Counted from the stretch's first letter, positions 19,739 to 30,854 are shown. The stretch: 64,000 nucleotides of DNA from Gemmatimonadota bacterium (GCA_039585235.1 JBDGWG010000007.1:1-64000), one strand, 5' to 3'. Made by a program: numbers and translations. Notes: a model not told the origin generated them from the letters alone.

Positions 19739-21679
19739 CTGCTTGAGCCGCTCCACCACGCTCGGGTCCGCGAGCGTAGTGGTATCTCCCAGCGCCCGGC
19801 CCTCCGCGATGTCTCGCAGCAGCCGCCGCATGATCTTGCCGCTCCGGGTCTTCGGAAGGTCGGCGGTGAAGATGACGTCCGCCGGGCGGGCGATCGCCCC
19901 GATCTCTTCGACCACGTGCTGCTTCAGGTCCTCGCGTAGCTCGGGTCCCTGGTCGTAGCCGTCGCGCAGCGACACGAAAGCCGCGATGGCCTGGCCCTTC
20001 AGCTCGTCGGCGCGCCCCACGACGGCTGCCTCGGCCACGGCATCATGGTCCACCAGGGCGGATTCGACTTCCATGGTCCCGATCCTATGTCCCGCCACGT
20101 TGAGGACGTCGTCCACCCGCCCCATGATCCAGAAGTATCCGTCCTCGTCCTGCCGGGCGCCGTCACCAGGGAAGTAGATCCCGTCGAACTTCGACCAATA
20201 GGTTTCGCGGTACCGCTCCTCGTCGCCGTATATGCCGCGCAGCATGGATGGCCACGGTGACTCGATCACCAGGTATCCGCTCTCGGCCTGCTCACCCTGC
20301 TGATCGAGGATCGCCGCATCGATGCCGGGAAAAGCCACGGTGGCCGAACCCGGCTTGGTGGACACGGCTCCCGGCAGGGGCGTGATCATGATCGCGCCGG
20401 TCTCGGTCTGCCACCACGTATCCACGACCGGGCAGCGCTCGCCACCGATGTGGTCGTGGTACCAGGTCCAGGCCTCGGGGTTGATCGGCTCGCCGACCGT
20501 GCCCAGCAGCCGGAGCTTCGACAGGTCGTACTTCTCCGGCCACTCCGAGCCCCACTTCATGAACGCCCGGATCGCCGTGGGAGCGGTGTAGAAGATCGAG
20601 ACGCCGTACTTCTCGCACACGTCCCAGAACCGCCCCCTCTCCGGCCAGTCCGGCGCACCCTCGTACATCACCTGAGTCGCCCCAACGGCCAGAGGCCCGT
20701 ACACGATGTACGAGTGGCCGGTGACCCATCCGATGTCCGCGGTGCACCAGTAGACGTCCTCGTCCTTGAGGTCGAACACCCACTGCGTAGTCGCCGTCAC
20801 CTGCGTGAGGTAGCCGCCCGTGGTGTGCACGATACCCTTCGGTTTCCCGGTCGTACCCGACGTATAGAGGATGTAGAGGAGGTCCTCGGAGTCCATCTCC
20901 TCGGCCGGGCAATCGGCTGGAGCTTCCTGGATCAGCCGGTGATACCAGTGATCGCGGCCCTCGCGAAAGTGCACGAACGCCTCGTCTCCCTCGCCGCCGG
21001 CTCGACGCCTGACGATCACCACGTTCTCGACGAAGTCCAGCCCCTCGATTGCCTCGTCGGCGGTTCGCTTGAGCGGGATGATCTGCCCTCGCCGGTAACC
21101 GCCGTCGGCCGTGATCAGGAGCTTGGCCCGGGCATCCTCGATCCGGTCGCGCAGCGACTTGGCCGAGAACCCGCCGAACACCACGGAGTGCGGCGCCCCG
21201 ATGCGGGCGCAGGCCAGCATGGCGATCGCGGCCTCGGGGATCATCGGCAGGTAGATGGCCACGCGGTCGCCCTTCGCGACACCCAGCTTCTTGAGAGCGT
21301 TGGCGAACTGGCATACCTCCCGGTGCAACTGCCGGTATGTGTAGACCCGGCGGTCGCCCGGCTCGCCTTCCCAGATCAGGGCCGCCTTGTTGGCGCGCCA
21401 CCCATCGAGGTGCCGGTCCAGGCAATTGTACGCGACGTTGAGCTTGCCGCCTACGAACCAGCGCGCGAATGGAGGTTCCCACTCCAGCACCGAGTCCCAC
21501 TTCCTGAACCAATGGAGTCTTTCGGCCCAGGAGGCCCAGAAGCTCTCCCGATCCTCTCGGGCCGCCACGTAGGGGGTCTCGTCGCCGACGGCCGCCGACC
21601 GCCGAAAGTCCTCGGACGGCTCGTAGAGTCTGTCCTCGTGAAGAAGCACGTCGATCTCGCGGCGGCGTTCGTCCGGCAT
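19715..21679 (-). CDS. acs: acetyl-CoA synthetase
   Basis: ATG at 21679 preceded by AGGAGA. 'WWQTETG', '[11 protein letters not shown]', and '[13 protein letters not shown]' are hallmark Acs motifs. ~654 aa. Confidence 0.9.
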   Translation of the reverse strand: MPDERRREIDVLLHEDRLYEPSEDFRRSAAVGDETPYVAAREDRESFWASWAERLHWFRKWDSVLEWEPPFARWFVGGKLNVAYNCLDRHLDGWRANKAALIWEGEPGDRRVYTYRQLHREVCQFANALKKLGVAKGDRVAIYLPMIPEAAIAMLACARIGAPHSVVFGGFSAKSLRDRIEDARAKLLITADGGYRRGQIIPLKRTADEAIEGLDFVENVVIVRRRAGGEGDEAFVHFREGRDHWYHRLIQEAPADCPAEEMDSEDLLYILYTSGTTGKPKGIVHTTGGYLTQVTATTQWVFDLKDEDVYWCTADIGWVTGHSYIVYGPLAVGATQVMYEGAPDWPERGRFWDVCEKYGVSIFYTAPTAIRAFMKWGSEWPEKYDLSKLRLLGTVGEPINPEAWTWYHDHIGGERCPVVDTWWQTETGAIMITPLPGAVSTKPGSATVAFPGIDAAILDQQGEQAESGYLVIESPWPSMLRGIYGDEERYRETYWSKFDGIYFPGDGARQDEDGYFWIMGRVDDVLNVAGHRIGTMEVESALVDHDAVAEAAVVGRADELKGQAIAAFVSLRDGYDQGPELREDLKQHVVEEIGAIARPADVIFTADLPKTRSGKIMRRLLRDIAEGRALGDTTTLADPSVVERLKQMYEEEGA

Positions 21680-22025
21680 CGCGGGTCTCCTGGAACGGTG
21701 GTGATCGGGATAACGGTCCAGAGTAGAAACGACAGCGGGGTGGAAGCAAGCCGGTGTTATCGCCGATCCGCTTCCTACGGTCTCGGCAATCACGACCACG
21801 TTTCGGGTCGATCCGTCCCGTCCGGCCCTGGCGACGGCCGGAGGAATGTTCTTGTATCTGTATGGTAATATTTCAGTTGGCAGGGACACGCGGTCGCCGG
21901 CACCTCTGGAATGACCCTTGCTGCGTTGTCGCTGTTTGAAGCAGCGAACCGACCGAGTTGCCTGTTCCTCCATATGTGACGCGCAAGCGATGTCGAGCAC
22001 GACCTTTGATCAGAGGCTTCCAGTC

Positions 22026-24173
22026 ATGCGAAGATACTCAGCCACGATCCTGACTCTGTCGCTGGCGATTCTCGTCGCGGCCTGCGGCGAACGGACCACG
22101 GACTACGAAATGACCGACGACACGGACAACGTGCTTCTAGCCGAATGGACAGGTCCGTACGGAGGCGTGCCGGCGTTCGACGAGATGGATCTCGCGGACC
22201 TCAAGCCGGCCCTCGAGACGGGCATGGAGCTGGAGCTGGCGGAGATCGACGCGATCGCGAACAATCCTGAACCTCCGACGTTCGAGAACACGATCGTCGC
22301 GATGGAGGGGGTAGGCGAGGACCTCGACCGGGTGGGCACGTATCGGGGCATCTGGAGCTCCAACATGTCCTCACCGGAGTTCCGCGACATCCAGATGGAA
22401 ATGGCCCCCAGGCTGGCCGAGCACCGTACGAAGATCACTCAGAACGAGGCGCTGTTCGAGCGCATCCGCGAGGTCTACGAGAGCGACGAGGCCGAGAGCC
22501 TGCGCCCGGACGAGCAGCGGCTTCTATGGCTCGTGTACGACGGTTTCGCTCGGAACGGCGCGACGCTTGAGGGCGAGGCGAAAGAGCGCTATGCGGAGAT
22601 CAACCAGCGCCTTGCCGAGCTGCACACGCAGTTTGGCAACAACGTGCTGGCTGATGAAGAAGGCTACGTCACGTACGTGACGGAGGACCAGCTGGGTGGA
22701 CTGCCGGAGGCCTACATCCGGTCGGCGGCCGCAGCGGCGGCGGATCGCGCGCGCGAAGGCGAGCACGCGGTCACGAACACGCGCTCTTCCATGGCCCCGT
22801 TCCTCACGTTCTCCGACGAGCGTGATCTGCGGGAACAGGTCTGGCGGACGTACTACAGCCGCGGCGACAACGGCGACGAACACGACAACAACGCCCTGAT
22901 CGCCGAGATCCTCGAGCTCAGGAACGAGCGCGTTCAGCTCCTGGGATACGAGAACTACGCGGCGTGGCGGCTCGAGAACCGGATGGCAAAGGACCCGGCC
23001 GGTGCGTTCGGGTTGCTGGAGGCGATCTGGCCGGCGGCACTGGCCCGGGTCGAGGAAGAGGTCGCGGACATGCAGGCGATCGCAGATGCCGAGGGCGCCG
23101 GGATCACGATCGAGCCCTGGGACTACCGCTACTACGCCGAGAAGGTGCGCCAGGCGAAGTACGATCTCGACTCGGACGAAGTGAAGCAGTACCTGCAGCT
23201 CGCCAACCTGATCGACGCGATGCATTTCGTGGCAGACGAGCTGTTTCAGTTTGAGTTCACGCCGGTCCCCGGAGGTTCGGTCCCCGTATGGCAGGAGGAC
23301 GTAGAGGTCTGGGAGGTCACGAACCGGAACACGGGTGAGCATGTCGGCCTGTGGTACCTGGATCCGTTCGCCCGTCCGGGCAAGCGATCCGGCGCTTGGG
23401 CCACCACATACCGGAGCTACGAGACGTACGACGGGCTGAAGACGACGCTCGGCTCGAACAACTCCAACTTCATTCCGGGGGAACCGGGCGAGGCCGTCCT
23501 CATTTCGTGGGACGATGCCGAGACCCTGTTCCACGAGTTCGGGCACGCACTGCATTACCTGTCGTCGAACGTCGCTTACCCGACGCTCAACGGCGGAGTG
23601 CGCGACTATACGGAGCTCCAGTCACAGCTCATGGAGCGCTGGCTGCAGACGGACGAGGTGATCGACAACTACCTGGTACACGTCGAGACGGGCGAGCCGA
23701 TACCGGATGAGCTGGTGGCGAAGATCCGCAACGCGGCGACGTTCAACCAGGGATTCGAGACGACCGAGTTCCTGGCCTCGGCTCTCATGGACATGAAGTA
23801 CCACACGATGGACCCGGCGGACCTTGACGTGGACACGTTTGAACGCCAGGCGCTGGCCGAACTCGGGATGCCGAAAGAGATCCCGATGCGGCACCGCAGC
23901 ACGCATTTCGCTCACGCCTTCTCGGGCGAGGGCTACTCGGCCGGCTACTACAGCTACGAGTGGGCGGAAGTCCTGGTGGCCGATGCGGCGGAGGCCTTCG
24001 CGGAAGCGCCGGGCGGGTTCTATGACCCGGAGGTGGCGGCGATGATGGTCGAGCACCTGTACTCGGTCCGAAACGCCGTGGACCCGGCAGACGCTTACCA
24101 CGAGTTCCGAGGAAGGGACGCGACGGTGGACGCCCTGATGCGGGCGCGGGGATTCCCGGTGCCGGCGGAGTAG
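22026..24173 (+). CDS. dcp: M3-family zinc metallopeptidase (peptidyl-dipeptidase Dcp / oligopeptidase A-like), lipoprotein signal
   Basis: 'HEFGHALHYLSS' HExxH motif. The N-terminus 'MRRYSATILTLSLAILVAACG' is a lipobox. Confidence 0.85.
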   Translation: MRRYSATILTLSLAILVAACGERTTDYEMTDDTDNVLLAEWTGPYGGVPAFDEMDLADLKPALETGMELELAEIDAIANNPEPPTFENTIVAMEGVGEDLDRVGTYRGIWSSNMSSPEFRDIQMEMAPRLAEHRTKITQNEALFERIREVYESDEAESLRPDEQRLLWLVYDGFARNGATLEGEAKERYAEINQRLAELHTQFGNNVLADEEGYVTYVTEDQLGGLPEAYIRSAAAAAADRAREGEHAVTNTRSSMAPFLTFSDERDLREQVWRTYYSRGDNGDEHDNNALIAEILELRNERVQLLGYENYAAWRLENRMAKDPAGAFGLLEAIWPAALARVEEEVADMQAIADAEGAGITIEPWDYRYYAEKVRQAKYDLDSDEVKQYLQLANLIDAMHFVADELFQFEFTPVPGGSVPVWQEDVEVWEVTNRNTGEHVGLWYLDPFARPGKRSGAWATTYRSYETYDGLKTTLGSNNSNFIPGEPGEAVLISWDDAETLFHEFGHALHYLSSNVAYPTLNGGVRDYTELQSQLMERWLQTDEVIDNYLVHVETGEPIPDELVAKIRNAATFNQGFETTEFLASALMDMKYHTMDPADLDVDTFERQALAELGMPKEIPMRHRSTHFAHAFSGEGYSAGYYSYEWAEVLVADAAEAFAEAPGGFYDPEVAAMMVEHLYSVRNAVDPADAYHEFRGRDATVDALMRARGFPVPAE

Positions 24174-24187
24174 GAGCCGGACGCTCT

Positions 24188-25546
24188 ATGCTGGATCTGG
24201 TGTTGGTCGGAACCGGGGCCGCGCTGCTCGCGGTCCTGGCTTATGCGGCGATCGCTTCGAGCCGCGAGGGCGAGCCGCGAGCCGCGAAACGGCTGTCGGG
24301 GCTAGCGCTGATGGCCCCGCTTCCGTTCCTCGCCGTGGCGGTGATCCCGGCCCAGGCCGGCCAATTCACAGGAGTCGCCCTGCTTGTCGTGGCTGCCCTG
24401 GGCGCCATCGCCCTCCTCATCCCGACCGGCTCGAAGCATCGCGCCGAGGACGATACGCCCACGACCCGGATCGACGAGCGGGACATCATGTTCTCTCGCG
24501 TGCGTCTCGAACCAGGCACCGCGCGCTTCGAGGCCTATTATGAGGAGAAGCCCGAACACCGCGATCCGGACGATCGCTTCCGCGCCGAACCCGGCCTACT
24601 GAAGAGGGGATCGGCTCACTACGACCCGTTCATGTTCGCGGCGGCCGACGCCAGTTTCGCGACGATCGCGGAGCTCCATTCGATGGTGGACGGTCCAGTC
24701 GCTCCGGATAAGGAGCTTCCCGACCCGGCCGCGATCTCGCAGTTCATCAGGGGATGGACGGTCAAGCTGGGGGCGGTGGACGTCGGTATCACCGCCCTCC
24801 GGGATTACCACAAGTACACGACGGTGGGACGAGGAGAGCAGTACGGGCAGCGCGTGCGGCTCGATCACGAGTACGCCATCGCCCTCACAGTCGAGATGGC
24901 GAAGGAGATGATCGACCGGGCGCCGCGCGGTCCCACGGTGATGGAGTCAGCCCAGCAGTACATGGCTTCCGGCGCGATCGCCGTGCAAGTAGCGCAGTTC
25001 ATCCGGAATCTCGGATACCCGGCCCGGGCCCACGTAGATGGGAACTACCGGGTCGTGTGCCCGCTCGTGGCCCGGGACGCTGGCCTCGGCGAGATCGGCC
25101 GCATGGGGCTCTTGATGACGCCACGACTCGGGCCGCGGGTGCGGCTCGGCGTCGTGACCACGGATCTTCCGCTCGTGCCCGACCGCCGGGAGCCAGAGCA
25201 CTCCGTGCTCGACTTCTGCTCCCTGTGTGAGAAATGCGCCGACGTATGCCCGAGCCAGGCGATCGCCCGCGGGGTCCGATCCGAGATCGACGGAGCGCTG
25301 AGGTGGCAGATCGATTCGGAGGCGTGCTTCACGTACTGGTGCAAGATCGGAACGGACTGCGCGCGGTGTGTCTCCGCGTGCCCGTACTCGCACCCGGACA
25401 ACCTGATGCACAACACCGTTCGGCTGGCGATCCGAAACTCGGGGCTGGCACGGCGCGGGGCCCTCGCGGCGGACGACTATGTCTACGGCCGCCGGCCGCC
25501 CCCGGCCGAGATCGACGGCTGGGTGAACGTGAGTCGACGAGACTGA
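24188..25546 (+). CDS. reductive-dehalogenase-like / QueG-like Fe-S protein with N-terminal 2-TM anchor
   Basis: Two ferredoxin-type motifs, 'CSLCEKCADVCP' and 'CFTYWCKIGTDCARCVSACPYS'. The hydrophobic N-terminal ~80 aa occur in place of a Tat signal. Confidence 0.55.
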   Translation: MLDLVLVGTGAALLAVLAYAAIASSREGEPRAAKRLSGLALMAPLPFLAVAVIPAQAGQFTGVALLVVAALGAIALLIPTGSKHRAEDDTPTTRIDERDIMFSRVRLEPGTARFEAYYEEKPEHRDPDDRFRAEPGLLKRGSAHYDPFMFAAADASFATIAELHSMVDGPVAPDKELPDPAAISQFIRGWTVKLGAVDVGITALRDYHKYTTVGRGEQYGQRVRLDHEYAIALTVEMAKEMIDRAPRGPTVMESAQQYMASGAIAVQVAQFIRNLGYPARAHVDGNYRVVCPLVARDAGLGEIGRMGLLMTPRLGPRVRLGVVTTDLPLVPDRREPEHSVLDFCSLCEKCADVCPSQAIARGVRSEIDGALRWQIDSEACFTYWCKIGTDCARCVSACPYSHPDNLMHNTVRLAIRNSGLARRGALAADDYVYGRRPPPAEIDGWVNVSRRD

Positions 25547-25579
25547 GAGTGGCCGGATGCGGGCCGCTGCCAGAGCGAG

Positions 25580-27514
25580 CTACTGCAGTAGCTCGAGCTC
25601 TCCCTCGACCTGCTCCCATTGTGTGAACAGCTCTTCCAGCTCGGCCTGGAGACCGCTCCGCTCGTCCTGTAGCTCGCGAATTTCGCCGGGAGCAGCTCGA
25701 TCGTAAAGCGCAGGGTCGGAGAACGTCGTGTCGATCTCTTCGATGCGAGCTTCGGCCTCTTCGATCCGGGCCGTGAACCGATCGCGACGCTTTGCCAGCT
25801 CTCTTGCCTGGTCTCGTTTCGAGGCTGACTTTCCTGTCTCTCGTCCGTCTTCCTGGACTGCCGCCTTCGCCGTGCGTTTCTTCTTCCTCTCCCGAAGCAC
25901 CACCGTGTCGACGTCCAGGTGATCGTCTCCGCAGAAGTGAACGTAATCCTCGTACGTGCCCTGATAATCCCGAATCCCATCCGCCGTGATCTCGACGATC
26001 CGATTCGCCAGGCGCGATACGAACCAGCGATCGTGCGACACGAAGAGCAGTGTACCGTCGTAACTCCCGAGGGCCTCCACCAGCGCCTCGATGGACTCGA
26101 GGTCGAGGTGGTTGGTGGGCTCGTCGAGCACGAGAACGTTGGGTTGCTCGATCGCCAGCTTGCAGAACACGAGCCGGGCGGCCTCACCTCCGGAGAGTGT
26201 ACCGAGCTTCTTCTTGCCATCGTCGCCGGAGAACAGTACGCGCCCCATCTCGCCGCGCACGAACCCGTACGTCTTGCCGGGGCAGAAGCCGGAGATCCAC
26301 GCCTCGGCCGTGTGACCGGCATTCTCGAACTGTTCCTGGTGGTCCTGCGCGAAGTAGCCAGGATGCGTTTCGTATCCCCACTTCACCGTTCCTGCGTTGG
26401 GCTCCAGCTCGCCCATCACGATCTTGAGCAGGGTGGATTTTCCGATCCCGTTCGGCCCCATGATGGCCAGGCGGTCTCCGCGGGCCACGGTCAGGTCCAC
26501 ACCGTGCAGCACTTCGTTATCGCCGAAGGCCTTCTTGATCCCGGCGACGGTCAGGACCTCGCGCCCGCTGTGGCGCCTCTCTTCGAACCGGAAGTTGGGG
26601 TAGCGCCGCGAGCTGGCCGGCAATTCCTCGATCCCCTCCGCTTTCTTCTCGATCAGCCGCAGCTTGCTCTGCGCCTGCCGGGCCTTGCTCGCCTTGGCCC
26701 GGAAGCGATCGACGAACTTCTGGTGGTGCGCGATCTCCCGCTCCCGGCTCGCTATGTCCTTCTCCCGCCGCTCGCGCTCCTCCTGTTTCGCCAGGAGGAA
26801 GTCGCTGTACGTGCCCGGGTACTGGAGGACCGTCTGATAATCCACGTCCAGCGTCTGGGTGGACACGTTGTCCAGGAAGCGGTGGTCGTGGGAAATGACC
26901 ACGACCGGTCCGGTGAATTCCCGGAGGAACTTCTCCAACCAACGGATGGACAGGATGTCCAGGTGATTCGTGGGCTCGTCCAGGAGCAGTACATCGGGAG
27001 AGCCGGCCAGAGCCTGGGCGAGGAGAACCCGGAGCTTGAATCCGCCGGACAAGGTGGACATGGGCTGGCGGTGAACACCCGAAGGAAAGCCGAGTCCCTC
27101 CAGAATCTCCGCCGCCCGGGCTTCCGCTGCGTACCCGTCGTGATGCTGGATCGTCTCCTCGAGCTCCGAGAATCGTTCCGCGTCGAACTCGCCTTCGGCC
27201 TGCTCGAGCAGCGCCTCCTTCTCCACCATGGCATGCCAGAGCTCGGGATTTCCTCTCAGAGTCACGCCGAGGATCTCTTCATCGTCGTAGATGAACTGGT
27301 CCTGTCGGAGGACCCCGAGCTTGATGCCCTTCGGGATCGCTACGGACCCGGCCGAAGACTCCTCTTGACCGCTGATGATGTTGAGGAGGGTGGTCTTGCC
27401 CGAGCCGTTGGCACCGACGAGGCCGTATCGCTCACCCCGGTTGAGGTCAAAGGCGACGTCGGTGAACAGCGGCTGGGCGCCGAACGATTTCGCGAGGCTG
27501 GAGACAGAGATCAT
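25580..27514 (-). CDS. ABC-F family ATPase (tandem ABC domains, Uup/YbiT-like, C-terminal coiled coil)
   Basis: Two Walker A sites (GANGSGKTTLL, GPNGIGKSTLL) and two LSGG signatures. ATG at 27514. Confidence 0.9.
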   Translation of the reverse strand: MISVSSLAKSFGAQPLFTDVAFDLNRGERYGLVGANGSGKTTLLNIISGQEESSAGSVAIPKGIKLGVLRQDQFIYDDEEILGVTLRGNPELWHAMVEKEALLEQAEGEFDAERFSELEETIQHHDGYAAEARAAEILEGLGFPSGVHRQPMSTLSGGFKLRVLLAQALAGSPDVLLLDEPTNHLDILSIRWLEKFLREFTGPVVVISHDHRFLDNVSTQTLDVDYQTVLQYPGTYSDFLLAKQEERERREKDIASREREIAHHQKFVDRFRAKASKARQAQSKLRLIEKKAEGIEELPASSRRYPNFRFEERRHSGREVLTVAGIKKAFGDNEVLHGVDLTVARGDRLAIMGPNGIGKSTLLKIVMGELEPNAGTVKWGYETHPGYFAQDHQEQFENAGHTAEAWISGFCPGKTYGFVRGEMGRVLFSGDDGKKKLGTLSGGEAARLVFCKLAIEQPNVLVLDEPTNHLDLESIEALVEALGSYDGTLLFVSHDRWFVSRLANRIVEITADGIRDYQGTYEDYVHFCGDDHLDVDTVVLRERKKKRTAKAAVQEDGRETGKSASKRDQARELAKRRDRFTARIEEAEARIEEIDTTFSDPALYDRAAPGEIRELQDERSGLQAELEELFTQWEQVEGELELLQ

Positions 27515-27684
27515 GGGAGGACATTGTATCGGAAGGCGCAGGATCGAACAAAGTAACGCCAACAGCTGCGAGTCGCACGTGTCAGCGCGCCGTTCTCAAC
27601 GGATTCCGTACGCGAACGGGCTATACTGAGTGCAACGACAACACGGAGGCGGCCATTCGTTCATCGGAGAGGTCCGGGCATCCC

Positions 27685-28539
27685 ATGATCCTGGTTACGG
27701 GCGCGGCGGGGAAGACTGGCCGGCAGGTGATCCGACGGCTCGTCGAGACAGGTGCATCGGTCCGGGCCATGGTCTTCCGACCGGAGCAGGTGGAGGAGAT
27801 CACCGGGCTCGGCGCGCACGAGGCCGTGGTTGGAGATCTCCTGGACGGAGCCTGCGTCTCACGGGCCCTGGACGGCGTACGCGCCGTCTATCACATGTGC
27901 CCGAACGTCCATCCGCGAGAGGTGGAGATCGGCGAGGCGGTCATCACCGCTGCGCGATGCGCCGGCGTGGACCATCTGGTCTTCCATTCAGTGTTGCATC
28001 CAGATGTCGAGGACATGCCTCATCACTGGCTGAAGTTTCAGGTGGAACGGAAGCTCCCGGAGTCCGGCCTGGCATTTACGATCTTGAGGCCATGCGCGTA
28101 CATGCAAAACCTCCTGCCCCAACTGCCGCAGATGGTGGAGCACGGGACGCTGGAAGTTCCCTACGATGTCGAGGCGAAGCTCAGCGTTGTCGATCTGCAG
28201 GATGTCGCCGCGGCGGCTGCGAAGGTTCTCTCGGAGTCGGGGCACGAGGGAAACACCTATGAGCTGTGCGGTCCCGACTCGTGCTCTCACAGCCGCATGG
28301 CTCGGACTTTTGGATCTATCCTGGGAAGGCCTGTCGAAGCGGTCGCCGTCGATCCGTCCGCCTGGGAGAAGAAGGCTCGGTCGTCCGGGCTTGGAGACTA
28401 CGCGATCGAAGCTCTGATGCGGATGTTCCAGTGGTACGATCGAAACGACTTCGTCGGAGTCTCCTCAGACCTCGAACGGCTGCTGGGGAGATCCGCCGGT
28501 TCTTTCGACGCATTCGCCCGGAGAGCCTCAGATCGCTGA
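27685..28539 (+). CDS. NmrA-family NAD(P)-binding protein
   Basis: 'MILVTGAAGKTGRQVIRRL' glycine-rich NAD(P) motif. ~284 aa, atypical-SDR architecture. Confidence 0.8.
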   Translation: MILVTGAAGKTGRQVIRRLVETGASVRAMVFRPEQVEEITGLGAHEAVVGDLLDGACVSRALDGVRAVYHMCPNVHPREVEIGEAVITAARCAGVDHLVFHSVLHPDVEDMPHHWLKFQVERKLPESGLAFTILRPCAYMQNLLPQLPQMVEHGTLEVPYDVEAKLSVVDLQDVAAAAAKVLSESGHEGNTYELCGPDSCSHSRMARTFGSILGRPVEAVAVDPSAWEKKARSSGLGDYAIEALMRMFQWYDRNDFVGVSSDLERLLGRSAGSFDAFARRASDR

Positions 28540-28602
28540 GCGCGAAGGCCACCCATTCCCGGGCCCGTTAACCCGGGGGCAATGCCTTGCATGCGGGCGG
28601 CG

Positions 28603-29232
28603 TCAGCGCAGGTCCCGGGCCCACGAGTGGGCGTCTCCTCTGCCGTGATGCGAGAACCCCATCTTCGAGAGATAATCGGCCGCCTGGTCGCCTCCCGTCG
28701 TGGCGACGATCGTCGTGTACCCCCGATCGCGAAGAGCGTTCTTTACATACAGATGGCGCCCGATCTTGAAGTCCCGGTACCCGGGGATCGCGTAGTCGAG
28801 CTCGAGCTCGAGCGTTTCCGCATCCAGGACCTCGGCCACGAACAGGCCGGCCGGAACCAGGTCGCGAAGGATGAACAGCGTCAGGATGTCCTTCTCCGGA
28901 CTGTACTCGAACCCGGGCCACACACTCTCGATGTCCTCGGCGTAGTGATCCAGGAAGTAGCGGAGGTAGTTCGATTCCCTCCGTACGTCGAGCACCTTGA
29001 AGTACTCATCCGACCGCCGGATCTCCCCCAGGAAGTGGAGGTGGATCAGGACGATCACGACGTTGGTCCACACGATGGGCCAGGCGCCGATCAGGTATCC
29101 GTAGACCACAAACGTGATCGCGCCAGTCAGGCCGATCAATCGAAGCTTGAGGATTGACCGCATCGCGAGAGATGTGACGACGAAGGCGGAGCCCAGGTAG
29201 CCGATCAGCGTGTAGAGTGTCGTGGCCTGCAT
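28603..29232 (-). CDS. YgjV-family inner membrane protein with extra C-terminal soluble domain
   Basis: ATG at 29232. 'TLYTLIGYLGSAFVVTSLAMRSILKLRLIGLTGAITFVVYGYLIGAWPIVWTNVVIVLIH' is YgjV-like. It is followed by ~140 aa unrelated to membrane segments. Confidence 0.55.
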   Translation of the reverse strand: MQATTLYTLIGYLGSAFVVTSLAMRSILKLRLIGLTGAITFVVYGYLIGAWPIVWTNVVIVLIHLHFLGEIRRSDEYFKVLDVRRESNYLRYFLDHYAEDIESVWPGFEYSPEKDILTLFILRDLVPAGLFVAEVLDAETLELELDYAIPGYRDFKIGRHLYVKNALRDRGYTTIVATTGGDQAADYLSKMGFSHHGRGDAHSWARDLR

Positions 29233-29405
29233 ATCGTCCGTTTCGGTTCGAGTCGGAGGCGCGCTCCACAATGGAGAAGCGGCCGGACCCTGTCCAATCA
29301 GGCCAACGATCGATTCGTTGCCCGGGTGGCTCCGCGTGACCACATTGCTGCCTCCGCGGGTCGCCCACGGCGTCGCGCCGATTCCCGAAGAAGATCGGAA
29401 GCTCT

Positions 29406-30152
29406 GTGACCGGACGCACTGCCGCCCCTGAGCCGACGCGAAGTCTGTTCTCGGACATCCGGCACTACTTCATTCGCTGGCCACCGATTCCGACCTTCGT
29501 CGACTTCGAAACAGATGCTGTCAGAGAGGATTACACCCACCGCATCGCGCAGCGCGTGGGCATTGATGTGTCCCAATACTCAGTCCTGAATATTCACCGC
29601 ATCGGTATCGAGGCGCCCGTGCGGTACGTGTTCGAGGAGATCGTCAGGTGGAGGGGCGACTCACCCTACTGGCCCAATCACGTGGCGACCCTAGAGATCG
29701 TGGAGGGCCGACCGGAGGAGGTCAGGGTCGTAGTCTTCGGGAGATCCGCCGGCGGCTGGTTGGAGTCCGTGTCCGGGGGCCGCCTGGGCACGCTCTTCGA
29801 AATGCACGCGAGGACGGTTCGCCGGGTACCGGGCGACTCGGACATGGATAACGCGCGGTACATCCTGTGGGACTGCAGTGGAGGGTATCCAATCGGCATC
29901 TTCGCCGTTTTCGCGAGATCTCCGATCGCGGCGCGAGGCGAGATCGAGCCCACACAATTGTTCTTTGCGGTCGGATTCAATCCCTACGGCAGGCGTTTGC
30001 TGTCCAGCATCCGCCCGATCAGGCGGACCTGGGAGGCGGTCCACAACCGGGTCACGAGCAACGTGCTCAACCGGTTCAAGCGCCTGTGCGAGGCTGGATT
30101 CCAGGCAACGCGTGACGGAACACCCGATCAGGACTGGACCTCGACCGGTTGA
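29406..30152 (+). CDS. hypothetical protein (possible DUF2867-like)
   Basis: 248-aa ORF with diverse composition and weak resemblance to the C-terminal domain of the YbjT-like protein at 56165. Confidence 0.35.
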   Translation: MTGRTAAPEPTRSLFSDIRHYFIRWPPIPTFVDFETDAVREDYTHRIAQRVGIDVSQYSVLNIHRIGIEAPVRYVFEEIVRWRGDSPYWPNHVATLEIVEGRPEEVRVVVFGRSAGGWLESVSGGRLGTLFEMHARTVRRVPGDSDMDNARYILWDCSGGYPIGIFAVFARSPIAARGEIEPTQLFFAVGFNPYGRRLLSSIRPIRRTWEAVHNRVTSNVLNRFKRLCEAGFQATRDGTPDQDWTSTG

Positions 30153-30191
30153 CGGCGCCCGCCCGCCGGTGGCCGCGAGCGCCGGCGCCAT

Positions 30192-30854
30192 CTAGTGCTG
30201 CACGGCCGGCATGTTCCCCTCATGCCCTCCGTGCTGCGTCTCGTGCCCCGAGCCGAAAACGCCCTGCCGCATACCGATCGACCACAATCCCGCCACCAGC
30301 ACGCCTGCCGCCAGCAGTCGGCGCACCCGGATGTCCTTGAACGCGATCTTCCGCAGGCCGAATGTCACGGTGGCGAGCGCCGGCACCGTCCCCAAACCGA
30401 ACAGCAGCATCGCTGCCGCACCGGCCGATGGCTCGCCCAGGGCCACCGGCACGCTGAGCGTAGCGTATACGAGACCGCATGGAAGGAGACCGTTCACCAG
30501 GCCGAACAGGTACCGGGCGCCGGCTTCGGGTCGCGAGATGAGCTGGCTGGCCGCCCGCTGCACTCCCGGGATCTTGATCTGCGGCTCGGGCAGCAGGCCC
30601 GCCAGGACCGCCGCGAAGTAGAGGATGAGCACCGTGGAGACTACGCCAGCCACCCAGCCGGGCCCCGGGATCGAACCGCCGAATGCTCCGGCGAGCGCGC
30701 CGAGGATCATGTAGGTCGTCAGACGTCCCGCGTGCCAGAAAAACGACTCCCTCGCCGTTCCTCCGCAGGCCACTGCGAACGAGCCGCACATCCCGATGCA
30801 ATGAACGCTGCCGATGAGGCCTGCGACGCCGGCCCCCGCGATCAGCTCGATCAT
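30192..30854 (-). CDS. DsbD_2/UreH-like polytopic membrane protein (HCxxMCG motif)
   Basis: 'GSVHCIGMCGSFAVACGG' is in the first TM helix. ~6 TM. Divergent from ccoN. Confidence 0.55.
   Translation of the reverse strand: MIELIAGAGVAGLIGSVHCIGMCGSFAVACGGTARESFFWHAGRLTTYMILGALAGAFGGSIPGPGWVAGVVSTVLILYFAAVLAGLLPEPQIKIPGVQRAASQLISRPEAGARYLFGLVNGLLPCGLVYATLSVPVALGEPSAGAAAMLLFGLGTVPALATVTFGLRKIAFKDIRVRRLLAAGVLVAGLWSIGMRQGVFGSGHETQHGGHEGNMPAVQH

Noticed and set aside
20292-21868. 485-aa and 472-aa ORFs antisense or offset to acs
   Set aside because: The acs frame carries all AMP-forming ligase motifs. The alternatives are Arg/Gly-rich.
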